Source of the DNA: Hormiphora californensis
Lineage: Eukaryota; Animalia; Ctenophora
Reading direction: 5' to 3'
NCBI GenBank assembly: GCA_020137815.1
Contig: CM035350.1
Location: 4,960,001-5,024,000, forward strand
Length of the DNA: 64,000 bases
Under the pieces are notes generated by a model. That model ran no database searches, was not told the origin of the DNA, and worked only from the letters and a program-made list of their open reading frames with translations. The first letter of the stretch is position 1, and each line of letters opens with the position of its first letter. The position numbers were made by a program, and so were the translations under genes. This document shows, in pieces, positions 48,121 to 61,206 of this stretch.

Positions 48121-48128
48121 ACCGGTGA

Positions 48129-48669
48129 ATAAGGAAACCATATAAAGTTCAGAGCGCACCCCATCCAAGAGCGTATACTCCATTTTTTTTTTCAACTGTT
48201 CACCCCCCAAAGTTGTTGCGCGGAATGTTTTGCGCGTTTATCACATGTAACGTGTAGCGCGCGCACACAAAATTTCTAAATTCATTTTTTGGGTGAACAG
48301 TTGAATAAAACTGGACTTTACCACCTCCAAAAGACACCCACTCTAAGAGCGCACCACATCAAAGAGAGCTCCCCATCCAGAAGATACGCGAGCCAGGGGA
48401 CACCACGCGCAGAGAGACCGCACGCGCAAATACAAACGCCGCGCTGGTCCTCTTCTGCGCGTGATGTCCCCTGCGCGTGGTATCTTCGGATGGGGAGCTC
48501 TCTTTGATGTGGTGCGCTCTTGAAGTGGTGTCTTCTGGAGGGTGGTGCGCTCTTGGATTGTGGTTTTTTTTGGTATGGTGCCTCTCAGGTGTGGTCTCTT
48601 TCGTAGGGTGCGCTCTTGGAGGCTCTTGGAGGCTCTTGGAGGCTCTTGAACTTTATTATGGTTCCTTAT
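48129..48669. mobile_element. Foldback MITE (~540 bp) with a long internal hairpin
   Basis: TIR ataaggaaccataataaagttcaagagc / gctcttgaactttattatggttccttat. Internal inverted arms of ~95 bp are centred near 48430. Confidence 0.82.
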
Positions 48670-48881
48670 TTGTGTTTGATTTTTAAAATGATTAAATCGG
48701 ATTTTTTGAAGTTGTTACCCCCCTTTTCGTGCGCGGAAGTTTTTGCGCGTTACATCACATGTTAAAAGTGTGGTTGCGCGTCAAAATTGATAAATTTCAC
48801 AGCGCGGACATTTTGGGGTGACAACTTCAAAAATCCGACTTTTTAATTTGTTTGTTCCTTAGGCAATGAGTCTCATTACTA

Positions 48882-49131
48882 GTAGGAGCGGTTAGATCAG
48901 CACGTGCAGAAAGTCGCGCGACGTGCGCCACCCTATTTTAATTTTCAGGTTACTCTCACGGCTTCATTTCGCTCCAATCCCAAAAGTGACGTTCATAAAA
49001 CCTGCAGTAGATCTCCTTAAGGAGAAGCGAAAACGTGAGGGACATTTCTTGATTGGATGCGACCTCGAGCTATGACAATGCACAAAAGGGGTGGCACCGA
49101 CTTAACCACGTGGTGATCTAACCGCTCCTAC
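48882..49131. mobile_element. MITE (~250 bp), TIR gtaggagcggttagatca(g/c)cacgtg; related copies at ~46755-47004, ~61757-61995 and 63872-64000
   Basis: The left end gtaggagcggttagatcagcacgtg pairs with the right end cacgtggtgatctaaccgctcctac. The internal sequence is shared with the 46755 and 61757 copies, and the TIR is related to the 21743 element. Confidence 0.82.
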
Positions 49132-50059
49132 ACATTGGGTTTTTGAAAAAAAAGGCCATTACAAATTTTGGCGAGGCGGGTAAATATTTTTCTGTAACGC
49201 GGCGAATTTTCCCAAAAAGCGCTGCTTTTTTATGCCGCGCGCGGAACCTAAAATTACGGGGCACAGTTTGTTTGTTTGTTTGTTTGGGTTTTTCACTAAA
49301 CCATGGGTACCGGCTCAGCAAACCTCCATACCAACCCGGGTATGTGGGAAATATGGCCCCTGAGTCCTTCTCTCCCCTGGGGGAAAGAGACCCCATGGGT
49401 TTTAAATTTCTGGAATTCGAGAGGGTTTGGTCCGTTAGGGAACGTTTTGCCTTTGGGGGGTCTTGGTCGGGTAGTACATTTTTCCTTTGAGGAGGGTCTT
49501 GTCTTTAAATAGGGAACGTTTGCCCTTTGAGGGGTCTTGGTCGGGTAGGTAACGTTTTGCCTTTGAGAGGGTCTTGGTCTGGGTTGATATTTATCGTATT
49601 TGTTGGTCTGTCTGGGGCACACCCCTCAAGCATGCTTGTCTTACTCTTAATTATTGAAAAAGTCAATTACATCACAATATCAACTGTACACCCAAAAAAT
49701 GAACAAAACAATACAGACAGGTGAAACTTACGACCTTGATGATGATTGGGTAACCGTGATGTGTTTTGGTGATGAGATGAGAGGTGTAAACATTTCCAAT
49801 GGTGCCCAAAAAACGAAAACGATCAAACACAAACAAGGGGGGTTGGGCACGATTGTAGCACCACTAGAGTGTAAAAATTTCTAGAAGACGATTGGATGAG
49901 ATAGATAATAACATTGTTATTGTTACCACGCGATAGCGACTTAGTGCACCCAAAACACAAGGGTTGTTCCTGTAGTGTGGTATTTAGCAATGTCCCTATA
50001 TTGGAGAGAGGGGGGGGGTGGGGGGCGGGGGGTGGGGGGGGGGGGGTAAGTTTGGACCC

Positions 50060-53000
50060 AAAGTTGTGTTTCTGTAATTTAGTAAAGGGACCAGCCGGGC
50101 CCGAGAGAAGTTTCAGTGGTAACTGGGAGGCAGGCAGGAAGAGGGACCTAGAAGGAATTGAGGTTCATTTAATGAGAAAAATTTGCCCTTTTAAAAAGTG
50201 TGTTGAGACAAAGCAAAATGAAACGAAATGCAACGTAACGAACTAGTAATGAATAGAATCTGCTCTGTGACTTGTTAGTGCCTCCTTTCAAACCCCCGCA
50301 TGGCAAAGTACAAGTTTCCCCCAAATTAATTAAATGCGAAATTTCAAAGTTTTGGTTTGATTTTGGCCAAAATTGCTGCCCTAAACTAATTATTGGACTT
50401 GTGCCGTTTTGCCGGGGGGGGGAGACTTTCTCGCTGGGGACTGAGAGATCATATGTTCTCGAATATTGGTATTGAGGCGGATTTAGGTTGTATTTTAGTG
50501 AGGGGAAGAGTAATATTGGACAAAAAGTTTTGCTTAATTTAGTATGGGACCAGGCCAGGCCCGAAGAGAACAGTTCAGTGGTAATGGGGGGTCATTGGGC
50601 ATGGAAAGAGAACTAGAGGCAATTTGAGTTACATTTTTATTTAGGAAAATAGCCCTTTTTAGTGTCTGAGACAAGCAAAAGTGAAACGAAATGCACGTAA
50701 CGAACTAGTAATGAATAGAATTCTGCTCTGGGACTTGTTAGTGCTCCTTTACAAAACACGCAATGGCAAAGTACAAAGTTCCCAAATTTAATTTAAATGC
50801 GAAATTTCAAAAGTTTTGGTCGTTTTGGGCCAAAATTGCTGCCCTAAACTAATTGGACTGTGCGTTGCCGGGGAGACGGTGCTGGTGACTGAGAATCATA
50901 TGTCTCGAATATTGGTATTTGGGCGGTTAAGTTGTATTTTAGTGAGGGAAGAGCTAAATGGGAAAAATGTGCGTATTAGTAAAGGGACCAGGCAGGCCGG
51001 AGAGGACAGTTCAGTGTACTGGGAGGTCATGTGTCATGGAAAGAGAACTAGAGCAGATTTTGATTACATTTTATGAGGAAATAGCCCTTTTTAGTGTCTG
51101 AGACAAACAAAAGTGAAACGAAATGAACGTACGAACTAGTAATGAAAGGAATTCTGCTCTGTTACTTGTTTTTTCCTTTATCAAACACGCAATTTTGGGA
51201 AAGTAAAAGTTTTCCCAAATTAATAAATGCGAAATTTAAAGTTTGGTCCCTTGGCCAAAATTGCTGCCTAAACTAATTATTGACTGTTGCCCTTGCCGGG
51301 GGGGAGACTCTCGCTGGTGACTGGAGATCAATGTTCTCGAAAATTGGTATTTGAGGCGGATTAAGTTTAGTTTTTGTGAGGGAAGGCAATAATTGGCAAA
51401 AATGTTGGGTTAATTTAGTAATGGGACCCGGCCCAGGCCCCCGGGGAGACGTTTCAGTGGTAACTGGGAGGTCATGTGTCTGGAAATGAAACTAGAGGCA
51501 GATTTTGAGTTACATTTTATTTAGGAAAATAGCCCTTTTTAGTGTCTGACTACAAAAAAGTGAAACGAAATGCAAAGTACGAACTAGAATGAATAGATTC
51601 TGCTTGTGTGACTTGTTTGTGCTCCTTTATCAAACAGCAAGGCAAAGTTTCAAAGTTTCCCCCCCCAAATTTTAATAATGCGAAATTTAAAGTTTTGTGA
51701 TTTTGGCCAAAAATTGTGCTAAAACTAAATTATTGGACTGTGCGTTGCCGGGAGACTGCTTCGCTGGTGCGAGAACAAGTTTCTCGAAAAATTGGTATTG
51801 AGGCGGATTTTAAGTGTATTTTGAGGGGAAGAGCTATATGGACAAAAAGTTGCTGTATTTAGTAACTGGGACCAGGCAGGCCCGAAGGACAGTTCGTGGA
51901 ACTGGGAGTCATGTGTTCATGGAAATGAAACTAGAGGCAGATTTGGAGTTACATTTTAGAAAAGGGAAAAAGCCCTTTTTAGTGTCGGAGACAAGCCCAA
52001 AGGAAAAGAAATGCAACGTAACGAACTTTGTAATAAATTTTGCTCTGTGACTTGTTAGTGCTCCCTTTATCAAACACGCAATGGCAACGTAAACAAAGTT
52101 TCCCTTTAATTTTAAATGCGAAAATTTCAAAGTTTTGGTCGATTTTTTGGCCAAAATTTTGCCCTAAACTAATTATTGGACTGTGCGTTGCCGGGGAGAC
52201 TGCTCGCTGGTGACTGAGAGATCAATGTTCTCGAATATTGGATTTGAGGCGGATTTAGTTGTATTTTATGAGGGAAGAGCTAAAATTGGAAAAAAATGTT
52301 GCTTGTAATTTAGTTTAAAGGGACCAGGCCAGGCCCAGAGGGCCGTCATTGGGGAACTGGGAGGGGCATGTGTCATGGAAATGAGAACTAGAGGCAGATT
52401 TGAGTTACATTTTTTTTGAGGAAAATAGCCCTTTTTAGTGTCTGAGACAAGCAAAAGTGAAACGAATCAACGTAACGAAAATAGTAATGAATAGAATTCT
52501 GCTCTGTGGGCTTGTTAGTGCTCCTTTATCAAACACGCAATGGCAAAGTACAAAGTTTCCCAAATTAATTAAATGCGAAAATTTCAAAGTTTTGGTCGAT
52601 TTTGGCCAAAATTGCTGGGCCCCAAACTAATTATTGGACTCTGCGTTGCCGGGAGACTGCTCGCTGGTGACTGAGAGATCCCTATGTTCTCGAATATTGG
52701 TTTTGAGGCGGATTAATTTTTGTAGTTTTTTGTGGGGGAAGCTTATTGGACCCAAAATGTGGCTGTAATTGTAATGGACCAGGCCAGGCCCGAGAGGACA
52801 GTTTTAGTTGGTAACTGGGAGGTCATGTGTCATTTGGAAATGAGAACTAGAGGCATTTTTAGTTACATTTTTTTGAGGAAAATAGCCCTTTTAGTTTTCT
52901 GAGACAAGCAAAAGTGAAAACGCAAATGCACGTAACGAACTAGTTATGAATAGAATTCTGCTCTGTGACTTGTTTGTGCTCCTTTATTCAAAAACGCAAT

Positions 53001-56000
53001 GGCAAAGTACAAAGTTTCCCAAATTTAAAATTAAATGCGAAATTTTTAAAGTTTTGGTCGATTTGGCCAAATTGTGCCCTAAACTAATTATTGGACTGGC
53101 GTTTCCGGGGAGACTGCTCGCTTGGTGACTGAGAGATCATATGTTCTCGGGAAAAATTTGGGATTTGAGGCGGATTTAAGTTGTATTTTATGAGGGGGAA
53201 GAGCTAATATTGGACAAAAATGTTTCTGTTTAAATTTGTAAATGGGACCAGGCCAGGCCGAGAGACAGTTCAGTGGTAACTGGGAGGTCCTGTTGTCATG
53301 GAAAAAGAGAACTAGAGGCAGATTTTGGGTTTCATTTTTTTGAGGAAAAATAGCCTTTTTAGTGTTGAGACAAGCCAAAAGTGAAACGAAATGCAACGTA
53401 ACGAACTAGTAATGAATAGAATTCTGCTCTGAAATTGTTAGGGCTCCTTTATTTAAACACGCAATGGCAAAGTACAAAGTTTTCCCCAAATTTAATTAAA
53501 TGCGAAATTTTAAAGTTTGGTCGATTTGGCCAAAATTGCTGGCCCCAAACTAATTATTGGACTGTGCGTTGCCGGGGAGACTGCCCCCCTGTGACTGAGA
53601 GATCATATGTTCTCGAATATTGGTATTTGAGGCGGATTTAAGTTGTTTTTAGTGGGGGGGAAGAGCTAATATTGGAACAAAATGTTGCCTGATAATTTAG
53701 TAATGGGACCCAGGCCATGGCCCCCCAGAGAACAGTTCAGTGGTAACTGGGGGTCATGTGTCCCTGGAAATGAGAACTAGAGGCAGATTGGTTACATTTT
53801 ATTTAGGAAATAGCCCTTTTTTAGTGTCTGAGACAAACAAAAGTGAAACGAAATGCAAAAGTAACGAACTAGTAAAGAATAGAATTCTGCTCTGTGACTT
53901 GTTCTTGTTAGTGCTCCTTTACAAAAACCCCACAATGGCAAGTCAAAGTTTCCCCAAATTTAATTAAATGCGAAATTTCAAGTTTTGGTCGATTTGGCCA
54001 AAATTGGGGTGCCCTAAACTAATTATTGGACTGTGCGTTGCCGGGGAGGGTCGCTCGCTGGTGACTGAGAGATCATTTCTCGAATATTGGTATTTGAGGC
54101 GGATTTAAAGTTGTATTTTTAGTGAGGGGAAGAGCTAATATTGGACAAAAATGTTTTCTTTAATTTAGTAATGGGACCAGGCCAGGCCCGAGAGACAGTT
54201 TTAGTGGGACTGGGAGAGTCATGTCATGGAAATGAGAACTAGAGGCAGATTTGAGTTACATTTTATTTAGGAAAATAGCCCTTTTTAGTGTCTGGGGACA
54301 AGCAAAAGTGAAAAGAAATGCAACGTAACGAACTAGTAATGAATAGAATTTTTGCTCTGTGACTTGTTAGTGGCCTTTATCAAACACGCAATGGCAAGTA
54401 CCCAAAGTTTCCCAAATTTAATTAAATGCGAAATTTTAAAATTTTGGTCGATTTTTGGCCAAAAATTGCTTTCCCCCCAACTAATTATTGGACTGTGCGT
54501 GCCGGGGGGGGAAATGGGTTCGCTGGTGACTGAGAGATCTATGTTCTCGAAAAATTTGGGATTTGAGGCGGATTTAAGTTGTATTTTAGTGGGGGAAGAG
54601 CTAATATTGGACAAAAATGTTGCTGTAATTTAGTAATGGGACCAGGCCCGGCCCGAGAGACAGTTCAGTGGTAATGGGAGGTCATGTTCATGGAAATGAG
54701 AACTAGAGGCAGATTTTAGTTACATTTTATTGAGGAAAATAGCCCTTTTTAGTGTCTGGGACAAGCAAAAGTGAAACGAAATGCAACGTAACGAACTAGT
54801 AATGAATAGAATTCTGGCTCTGTGACTTGGGTTGTGCTCCTTATCAAACGCAATGGCCCAAAGTACAAAGTTTCCCAAATTTAATTAAATGCGAAATTTC
54901 AAAGTTTTGGTCGATTTTGGCCAAAATTTCTGCCCTAAACTAATTATTGGACTGTGCGTTTGCCGGGGAGACTGCTCGCTGGTGACTGAGAGATCATATG
55001 TTCTCGAATATTGGGGATTTGAGGCGGATTTTTTTAAATTTTTTTATTTTTAGTGAGGGGAAGAGCTAATATTGGCAAAATGTTTTTTGTAATTTGTAAT
55101 GGGGACCAGGCCAGGCCCGGGGAGGCAGTTTTCAGTGGTAACTGGGAGGTCATGTGTCATGGAAATGAGAACTAGAGGCAGATTGAGTTACATTTTAAAT
55201 TTAGGAAAATAGCCCTTTTTAGTGTCTGAGACAGCAAAAGTGAAACGAAATGCAACGTAACGAACTAGTAATGAATAATTTCGCTCTGGTGACTTTTTAG
55301 TGCTCCTTTATCAAACACCCCAATGCAAAATACAAAGTTTCCCAATTTAATTAAATGCGAAATTTCAAAGTTTTGGTCGATTTGGCCAAAATTGCTGCCC
55401 TAAACTAATTATTGGACTGTGCGTTGCCGGGGAGACTGCTCGCTGGTGACTGAGAGATCATATGTTCTCGAATATTGGTATTTGAGGCGGAATTTAAAAT
55501 TGTATTTTATGAGGGAAAGAGCTAATATTGGACAAAAAATGGTGCTGTAATTTAGTTGGGCCAGCCAGGGCCCGAAGACCGTTCATGGTAACTGGGAGGT
55601 CTGTGTCATGGAAATGAGAACTAGAGGCAGATTGAGTTTCATTTTATTGAGGAAAATGCCCTTTTGTAGTGTCTGAACAAGCAAAGTGAAACGAAATGAA
55701 CGTAAAGGGAAATAGTAATGAATTTGAAATTTTGGGTCTGTGACTGTTATGCTCCTTTTTCAAACACGCAATGGCAAAGTACAAAGTTTCCCAAATTTAA
55801 TTTAAAAGCGAAATTTCAAAGTTTTTGGGCGATTTTGGGCCAAAATTGCTGCCCTAAAACTAATTTTTGGACTGTGCGTTGCCGGGGAGGGCTGCTCGCT
55901 GGTGACTGAGAGATCATAGTTCTCGAATATTGGTATTTGAGGCGGATTTAAGTTGTTTTTAGTGAGGGGACAAAGAGCTAATATTTGGGCAAAAATGTTT

Positions 56001-56745
56001 TCTGTTTAATTTAGTAATGGGACCAGGCCAGGCCCGAGAGACAGTTTAGGGTAACTGGGAGGTCATGTTGTCATGGAAATGAGAACTAGAGGCAGATTTG
56101 AGTTACATTTTATTGAGGAAAATAGCCCTTTTAGTGTCTGAGACAAGCAAAAGTGAAACGAAAAAGCACGTAAACGAACTAGTAATGAATAGAATTCTGC
56201 TCTGTGACTTTAGTGTCCTTTATCAAACACGCAATGGCAAAGTACAAAGTTTCCCAAATTTAATTAAATGCGAAATTTCAAAGTTTTGGTCGATTTTGGC
56301 CAAAATTGCTGCCCTAAAACTAATATTGGGACTGTGCGTTGCCGGGGAGACTGGGTCGCTGGTGACTGAGAGATCATATGTTCTCGAATATTGGTATTTG
56401 GGCGGATTTTAAGTTGTATTTAGTGAGGGGAAAGAGCTAATATTGGACAAAATGTTTTCTGTAATTTAGTAATGGGACCAGGCCAGGCCCGAGAGACAGT
56501 TCAGGTGTAACTGGGAGGTCATGTGTTTATGGAAATGGAAACTAGAGGGCAGATTTGAGTTACATTTATTGAGGAAAATAGCCCTTTTTAGTGTCTGGGG
56601 ACAAGCAAAGTGAAACGAAATGCACCGTAACGAACTAGTAAAGAATAGAATTCTGCTCTGTGACTTGTTAGTGCTCCTTTATCAAACACGCAATGGCAAA
56701 GTACAAAGTTTCCCAAATTTAATTAAATGCGAAATTTCAAAATTT
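50060..56745. repeat. Tandem satellite, ~455-465 bp unit, ~15 copies
   Basis: The marker gtgaaacgaaatgcaacgtaacgaactagtaatgaatagaattctgctctgtgacttg recurs at ~50220, 50682, 51113, 51560, 52003, 52458, 52915, 53381, 53844, 54308, 54771, 55240, 55686, 56153 and 56610. Confidence 0.95.
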
Positions 56746-57173
56746 TAAATTACGCGCACAGTGTAAAATTTAAAATTCTTGAAAATTTCCTCGCGTTTTA
56801 AAGTCGCCAAAAAAAAAGTCGACCCAAAAATTCCAAATTCGTGAATTATAAGAACTCCGGTCAGTTCTCATCTTGCCAAACCTTTTCCGGGAACCCCTGG
56901 CCAAAGGACATTAAAATTCAATACCGACCAAGTTTCATATCGATTGGATAAGATTTTGGGTGGCTACGGTGAAAAATAAACGTATTTTTGGGATTTTAAA
57001 CTTCCCGACCCCGATTTACGGGCCCTTAAAAATTGAGTTAAGGGAATCCTACAAGTAAAATAAGTTCAAAAAGATTCTCTTTCCCCCTATTGCGTTAGTT
57101 TTTGATTTAGAGCCGTTTTCATCTTAGAAGGTTTGAAAAATGTTAAAGTTTCTTTTTGCGCCAAAAAGGGGTC

Positions 57174-58838
57174 GTAAGGCCATGGAGGCCTGTGCTAAGA
57201 AGACCGGATGTACCGGGTTCACCAAGACCGGTAAAAACAAGTACAGACTGGGCAAGACCAGCACTGTTGTAACGAAGAAGGGAATGCAGGCGTATCTCAA
57301 GGGAAGTACCGTGACTGCCTACCACCTGAAACTGTGGCCACATATGTCCGATATGGTTATTACCGGACAAGGAAAGACCGCCCTGAAGACCAAGAAGAAG
57401 GCCATGATTGCGTGTTCTAAGAACGCCAAGTGTACTGGTGTGAACAAGGTGGGAGGAAAGTATTACCAGGCTACCGGTGATAGCTACACCGTCAAATCAG
57501 GAGGAGAGGCCTGGGTCAAGGGGTCCTCTTACACTCCTTCCTTCACATATGACAGTAAGTTGATTCAGAGAAGGAGAGGGAGAGGGAACTGAGGGAGTTG
57601 AACAGGGAGGGTAGAAGAGATGAGATGGGGAAAATGGCGAGAGGGGATGGGTGAAAGTAGAAAGTTTAGCAATTCAGCCAATTTCTAACAACTCTCCTAA
57701 ACCCCACTAGACACTGTCTGGTACTACAAGGACGGATACAAGACTAGCGGAGACATTGGATTCGGAACCACCAGCTACACCTCTAAGGACAAGGCTATGT
57801 ACTGGTGCGTGCGTAACCCCATTTGTAACTCGGTTCACTACACCAAGAAGAAGTACCATTTGAGAAGTGGAACCAAGGTCACCGAGGCTGAAAACGACAA
57901 GGCCTGGACATACGGAAGTAAGGAAAATTAGAAATTAGAACTAGAAATGAATTTATTAAGTAGTTGATGAATTTAATAGGGTTAAACACTTGATGACTTT
58001 ATTCAACATATCAATTAATTGAATCATGGGACTAGGTCACTAATACTCGGTGTTTCAGCTTCCAAGGTTGATTTCACAAAGGTTGCACTGCCTGTTGCGG
58101 GAGGAATGTGGAACCCCCGCCCTGGATATAAACTGGGTAGCAAACTTGAGAAGAAGAAGACCTACAAGACACTACCCTTGGCTGCCAAGGCCTGTTTGGC
58201 TAACCCCAAGTGTTCTGGAATCATGTATACTACCAAGACCAAAACATACACCATTCATGGGTCTGACCAGGTCTCTTCTGGAAAGGGTAGGTGATCACAT
58301 TAAATCGGCAAACTACCCAGTCGAATCATTTGCCAATATTATAAGAATCGATTAAACTATGTAAATAAAATTAACCCATGGTCTTAATCTCAGGATACAT
58401 TGCATACCCTAAGAAGTACGTCTGTGACGGAGCCTGTAAGGTGACAAAGAAGGGTAAGGTTCTTTCCATCGACCTCAAGTACTGCTTCAAGGTTCACAGG
58501 ATGGAGATCTCCAACAAGGCAAATTGCTGCTCCAAGAATACCGGCAAAGTTGTTGTAAGTAAAAATACCCTGCAGAAAATAACACCACAAACCTAAAATA
58601 CATCACCCCTACACTGCAGTCGTTATTAACGGGAAATATTAAAAACAAATTCTCACCTCAGATCAAGAATGGTTCCAAGACGTGTGCCAGTCTCACCATG
58701 AACGGCAAGACCTCCGCCATGAAGTTGGATTGTGCGAGTGGAGCCGTGGGTACGAAGATCACCATGACCTTCGCTAACATCGGGGATATCAACCTCGTCG
58801 GTCTTGGTCTCGTCGTTGAGGGTTCGGATGCGTGCTAA
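57174..58838 (+). pseudogene. 5'-truncated second copy of the last five exons of gene B
   Basis: Matches 42187-43855 with only a few SNPs and intronic indels. It starts mid-exon ([12 protein letters not shown]...) directly after a repeat fragment, with no upstream exons or signal peptide. Confidence 0.8.
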
Positions 58839-60296
58839 AAAAATAAACAGATAAATGTTTAGCGTTCATCAAAGTGTATAAATTGGAAGTAGTATTTTGT
58901 TATCTGCTGTGCGGAATACAATGTACATTTTAGCTTTCTGTGAAAGTAAATGTTGTATGATCTACTAACTACTTTTCTATTAAACTGACTTTATCCGTTC
59001 TAACAACAAATCATTAATCAATATAGCAAAGCCAGAAGAATAGAAGATAAGTTTTCTCGCGATGCTTGTCGCTTGATTTCACGATTGGATTTGGGATTCA
59101 AACGCGTGACACGTGTGACTATGCAGACCAAGAGCTTTGACGTGTTCCTCGTCTATCTGTCAGCTCTCACACCGGGCCGAAGGCCAGGTGTGAGCTTACG
59201 CGAGCCCGAAGGGCGCTTAAAGTGCCAAACAGACAGACTGTGTAGCATGGCAACGAGAGCTCGGAAAAAGTTCAAAACCGGTTAGTTAGTCCTGGCTCAC
59301 ATCTAAAATTGGCATACGTTGCAGGCCCCTGAGGGGGCTGCAGCGCATTCCAACATCTACATGAACAGGATCGGACAGATAAGAGCGGAGATGATGCAGG
59401 TGGCCGTAGGACGCTGTAAAGTTTAAAAAGCTTAGCAGTACCGCGCGCGCGAAAACTCGATATGCGCGCATCGGAATCGAAAAAAATTTGCGAGGCCATT
59501 TTTTAAAACTTTAAAAATCCCAGATTTAAAAAAGTTGTGGAAATTTCGCTTTTGCAGTTTGCTTTAGCAATTTATTTGAAAAGCGCTGCCTTATCCCGCG
59601 CTGCGCGTTTGCCAAGCAATTTATACGTTGGCGCCCAGCTCCGTCTCTGCTTTCAACATCATTCACAGATTTGTCTGTTCTATTTTTGGTTCTCAAAACT
59701 CTCACGAAAAAACCGTACACTGCTACCGGACGGCGGGCATGCCCCCTGTGCAGTAGGGGGTGCTATTTGGGGGAAATTTTTTTTTTGCAACAGATATCCC
59801 AAAAGTTAAGACGGATTCTGGTAGAGTAGACCCTAATTAGCAAGTGTACGAAAGGGGAAGGTCTAGATCTTTGTGATCTCTGTGTTCAGGGGGTTTTTGT
59901 AGATAAGAAAAAGTTTAGAACTTATCCCCTAAAAACGACTGTTCCCGATATCTTAGAGCTCTAAAACTTTGCAGATCGGCTTTATATGATAAAATACAAA
60001 GTTGGTAAAAATTTCAGACCTTTAGCTCAAAATTCATTTTCATGACCGGAATGAACTTTGTTCATTCTCTCAATCAGGAGTCCATTTGACTTCAGAATTT
60101 TATTAGAAATGTTTGGCAATCGATTATCTGCAAAATGCGACCAACGAGAGCCAAAACGGACCACCACAAGACACGCGGTGATCTGATCTCCAAAGTCGGT
60201 TAGGACATTCATAATCCTTGCTAAATATGACCTAGTTTTGCACGGTTGCCGACATCGGATAGGTCTAAAATTTAGCACAGTGGCTCTAAACAATGT

Positions 60297-61206
60297 GTAG
60301 ATGAGATTAGCAAAGTTTCAGGCTTAAAGCTCAAAATTCATTTTTATGACTGGAATGAACTTCGTTCATTCTCTCAATCAGGAGGTCATTTGACTCCAGA
60401 ATTTCAATAAATGTGTTTGGCAATCAATAAACTGCCAAATGGGATCGGATCACATTGGAGAATCTGACCCAGCACCCGATGGATCAGATCACATTATAGA
60501 AATATGGTCCACCAGCCCATGGATCAGATCACATTATAAGGATCTGGTCCACCACCCATGGATCAGATCACATTTTAGGGATCTGGTCCACCAAACCATG
60601 GATCAGATCACATAACAGGGATGTTATCCACCAACCCATGGATCAGATCACATAACAGGTATCTTATCCAACACCCCATGGATCAGATCAAATTAAAGGG
60701 ATCTGATCTACCACCCATGGATCAGATCACATTATAGATATCTGATCCACCACCCCATGGATCAGATCATATTATAGGGATCTGGTCCACCAACCCATGG
60801 ATCAGATCACATAACAGGGATCTTATCCATCACCCCATGGATCAGATCACATTTTAGGGATCTGGTCCGCCAACCCATGGATCAGATCACATTATAAGGA
60901 TCTGGTCCACCACCCATGGATCAGATCACATTTTAGGGATCTGGTAGATGAGATTAGCAAAGTTTCAGGCTTAAAGCTCAAAATTCATTTTTATGACTGG
61001 AATGAACTTTGTTAATTCTCTCAATCAGGAGGTCATTTGACTTCAGAATTTCAATAAATGTGTTTGGCAATCAATAAACTGCCAAATGGGATCGGATCAC
61101 ATTGGAGAATCTGACCCGGCACCCGATGGATCAGATCACATTATAGAAATCTGGTCCACCACCCATGGATCAGATCACATTTTAGGGATCTGGTCCACCA
61201 ATCCAT
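60297..61206. repeat. Duplicate copy of the compound 40-bp minisatellite
   Basis: Same organisation as 45296-46203. Confidence 0.92.

Noticed and set aside
50272-56412. Many short ORFs in the 460-bp array
   Set aside because: Frames differ from copy to copy and are broken by indels, as expected for non-coding satellite.
57140-57592. ORF with a novel start MLKFLFAPKRGR fused to gene B modules
   Set aside because: The first 12 codons come from an error-rich repeat fragment at the duplication junction, so it is not a credible start.
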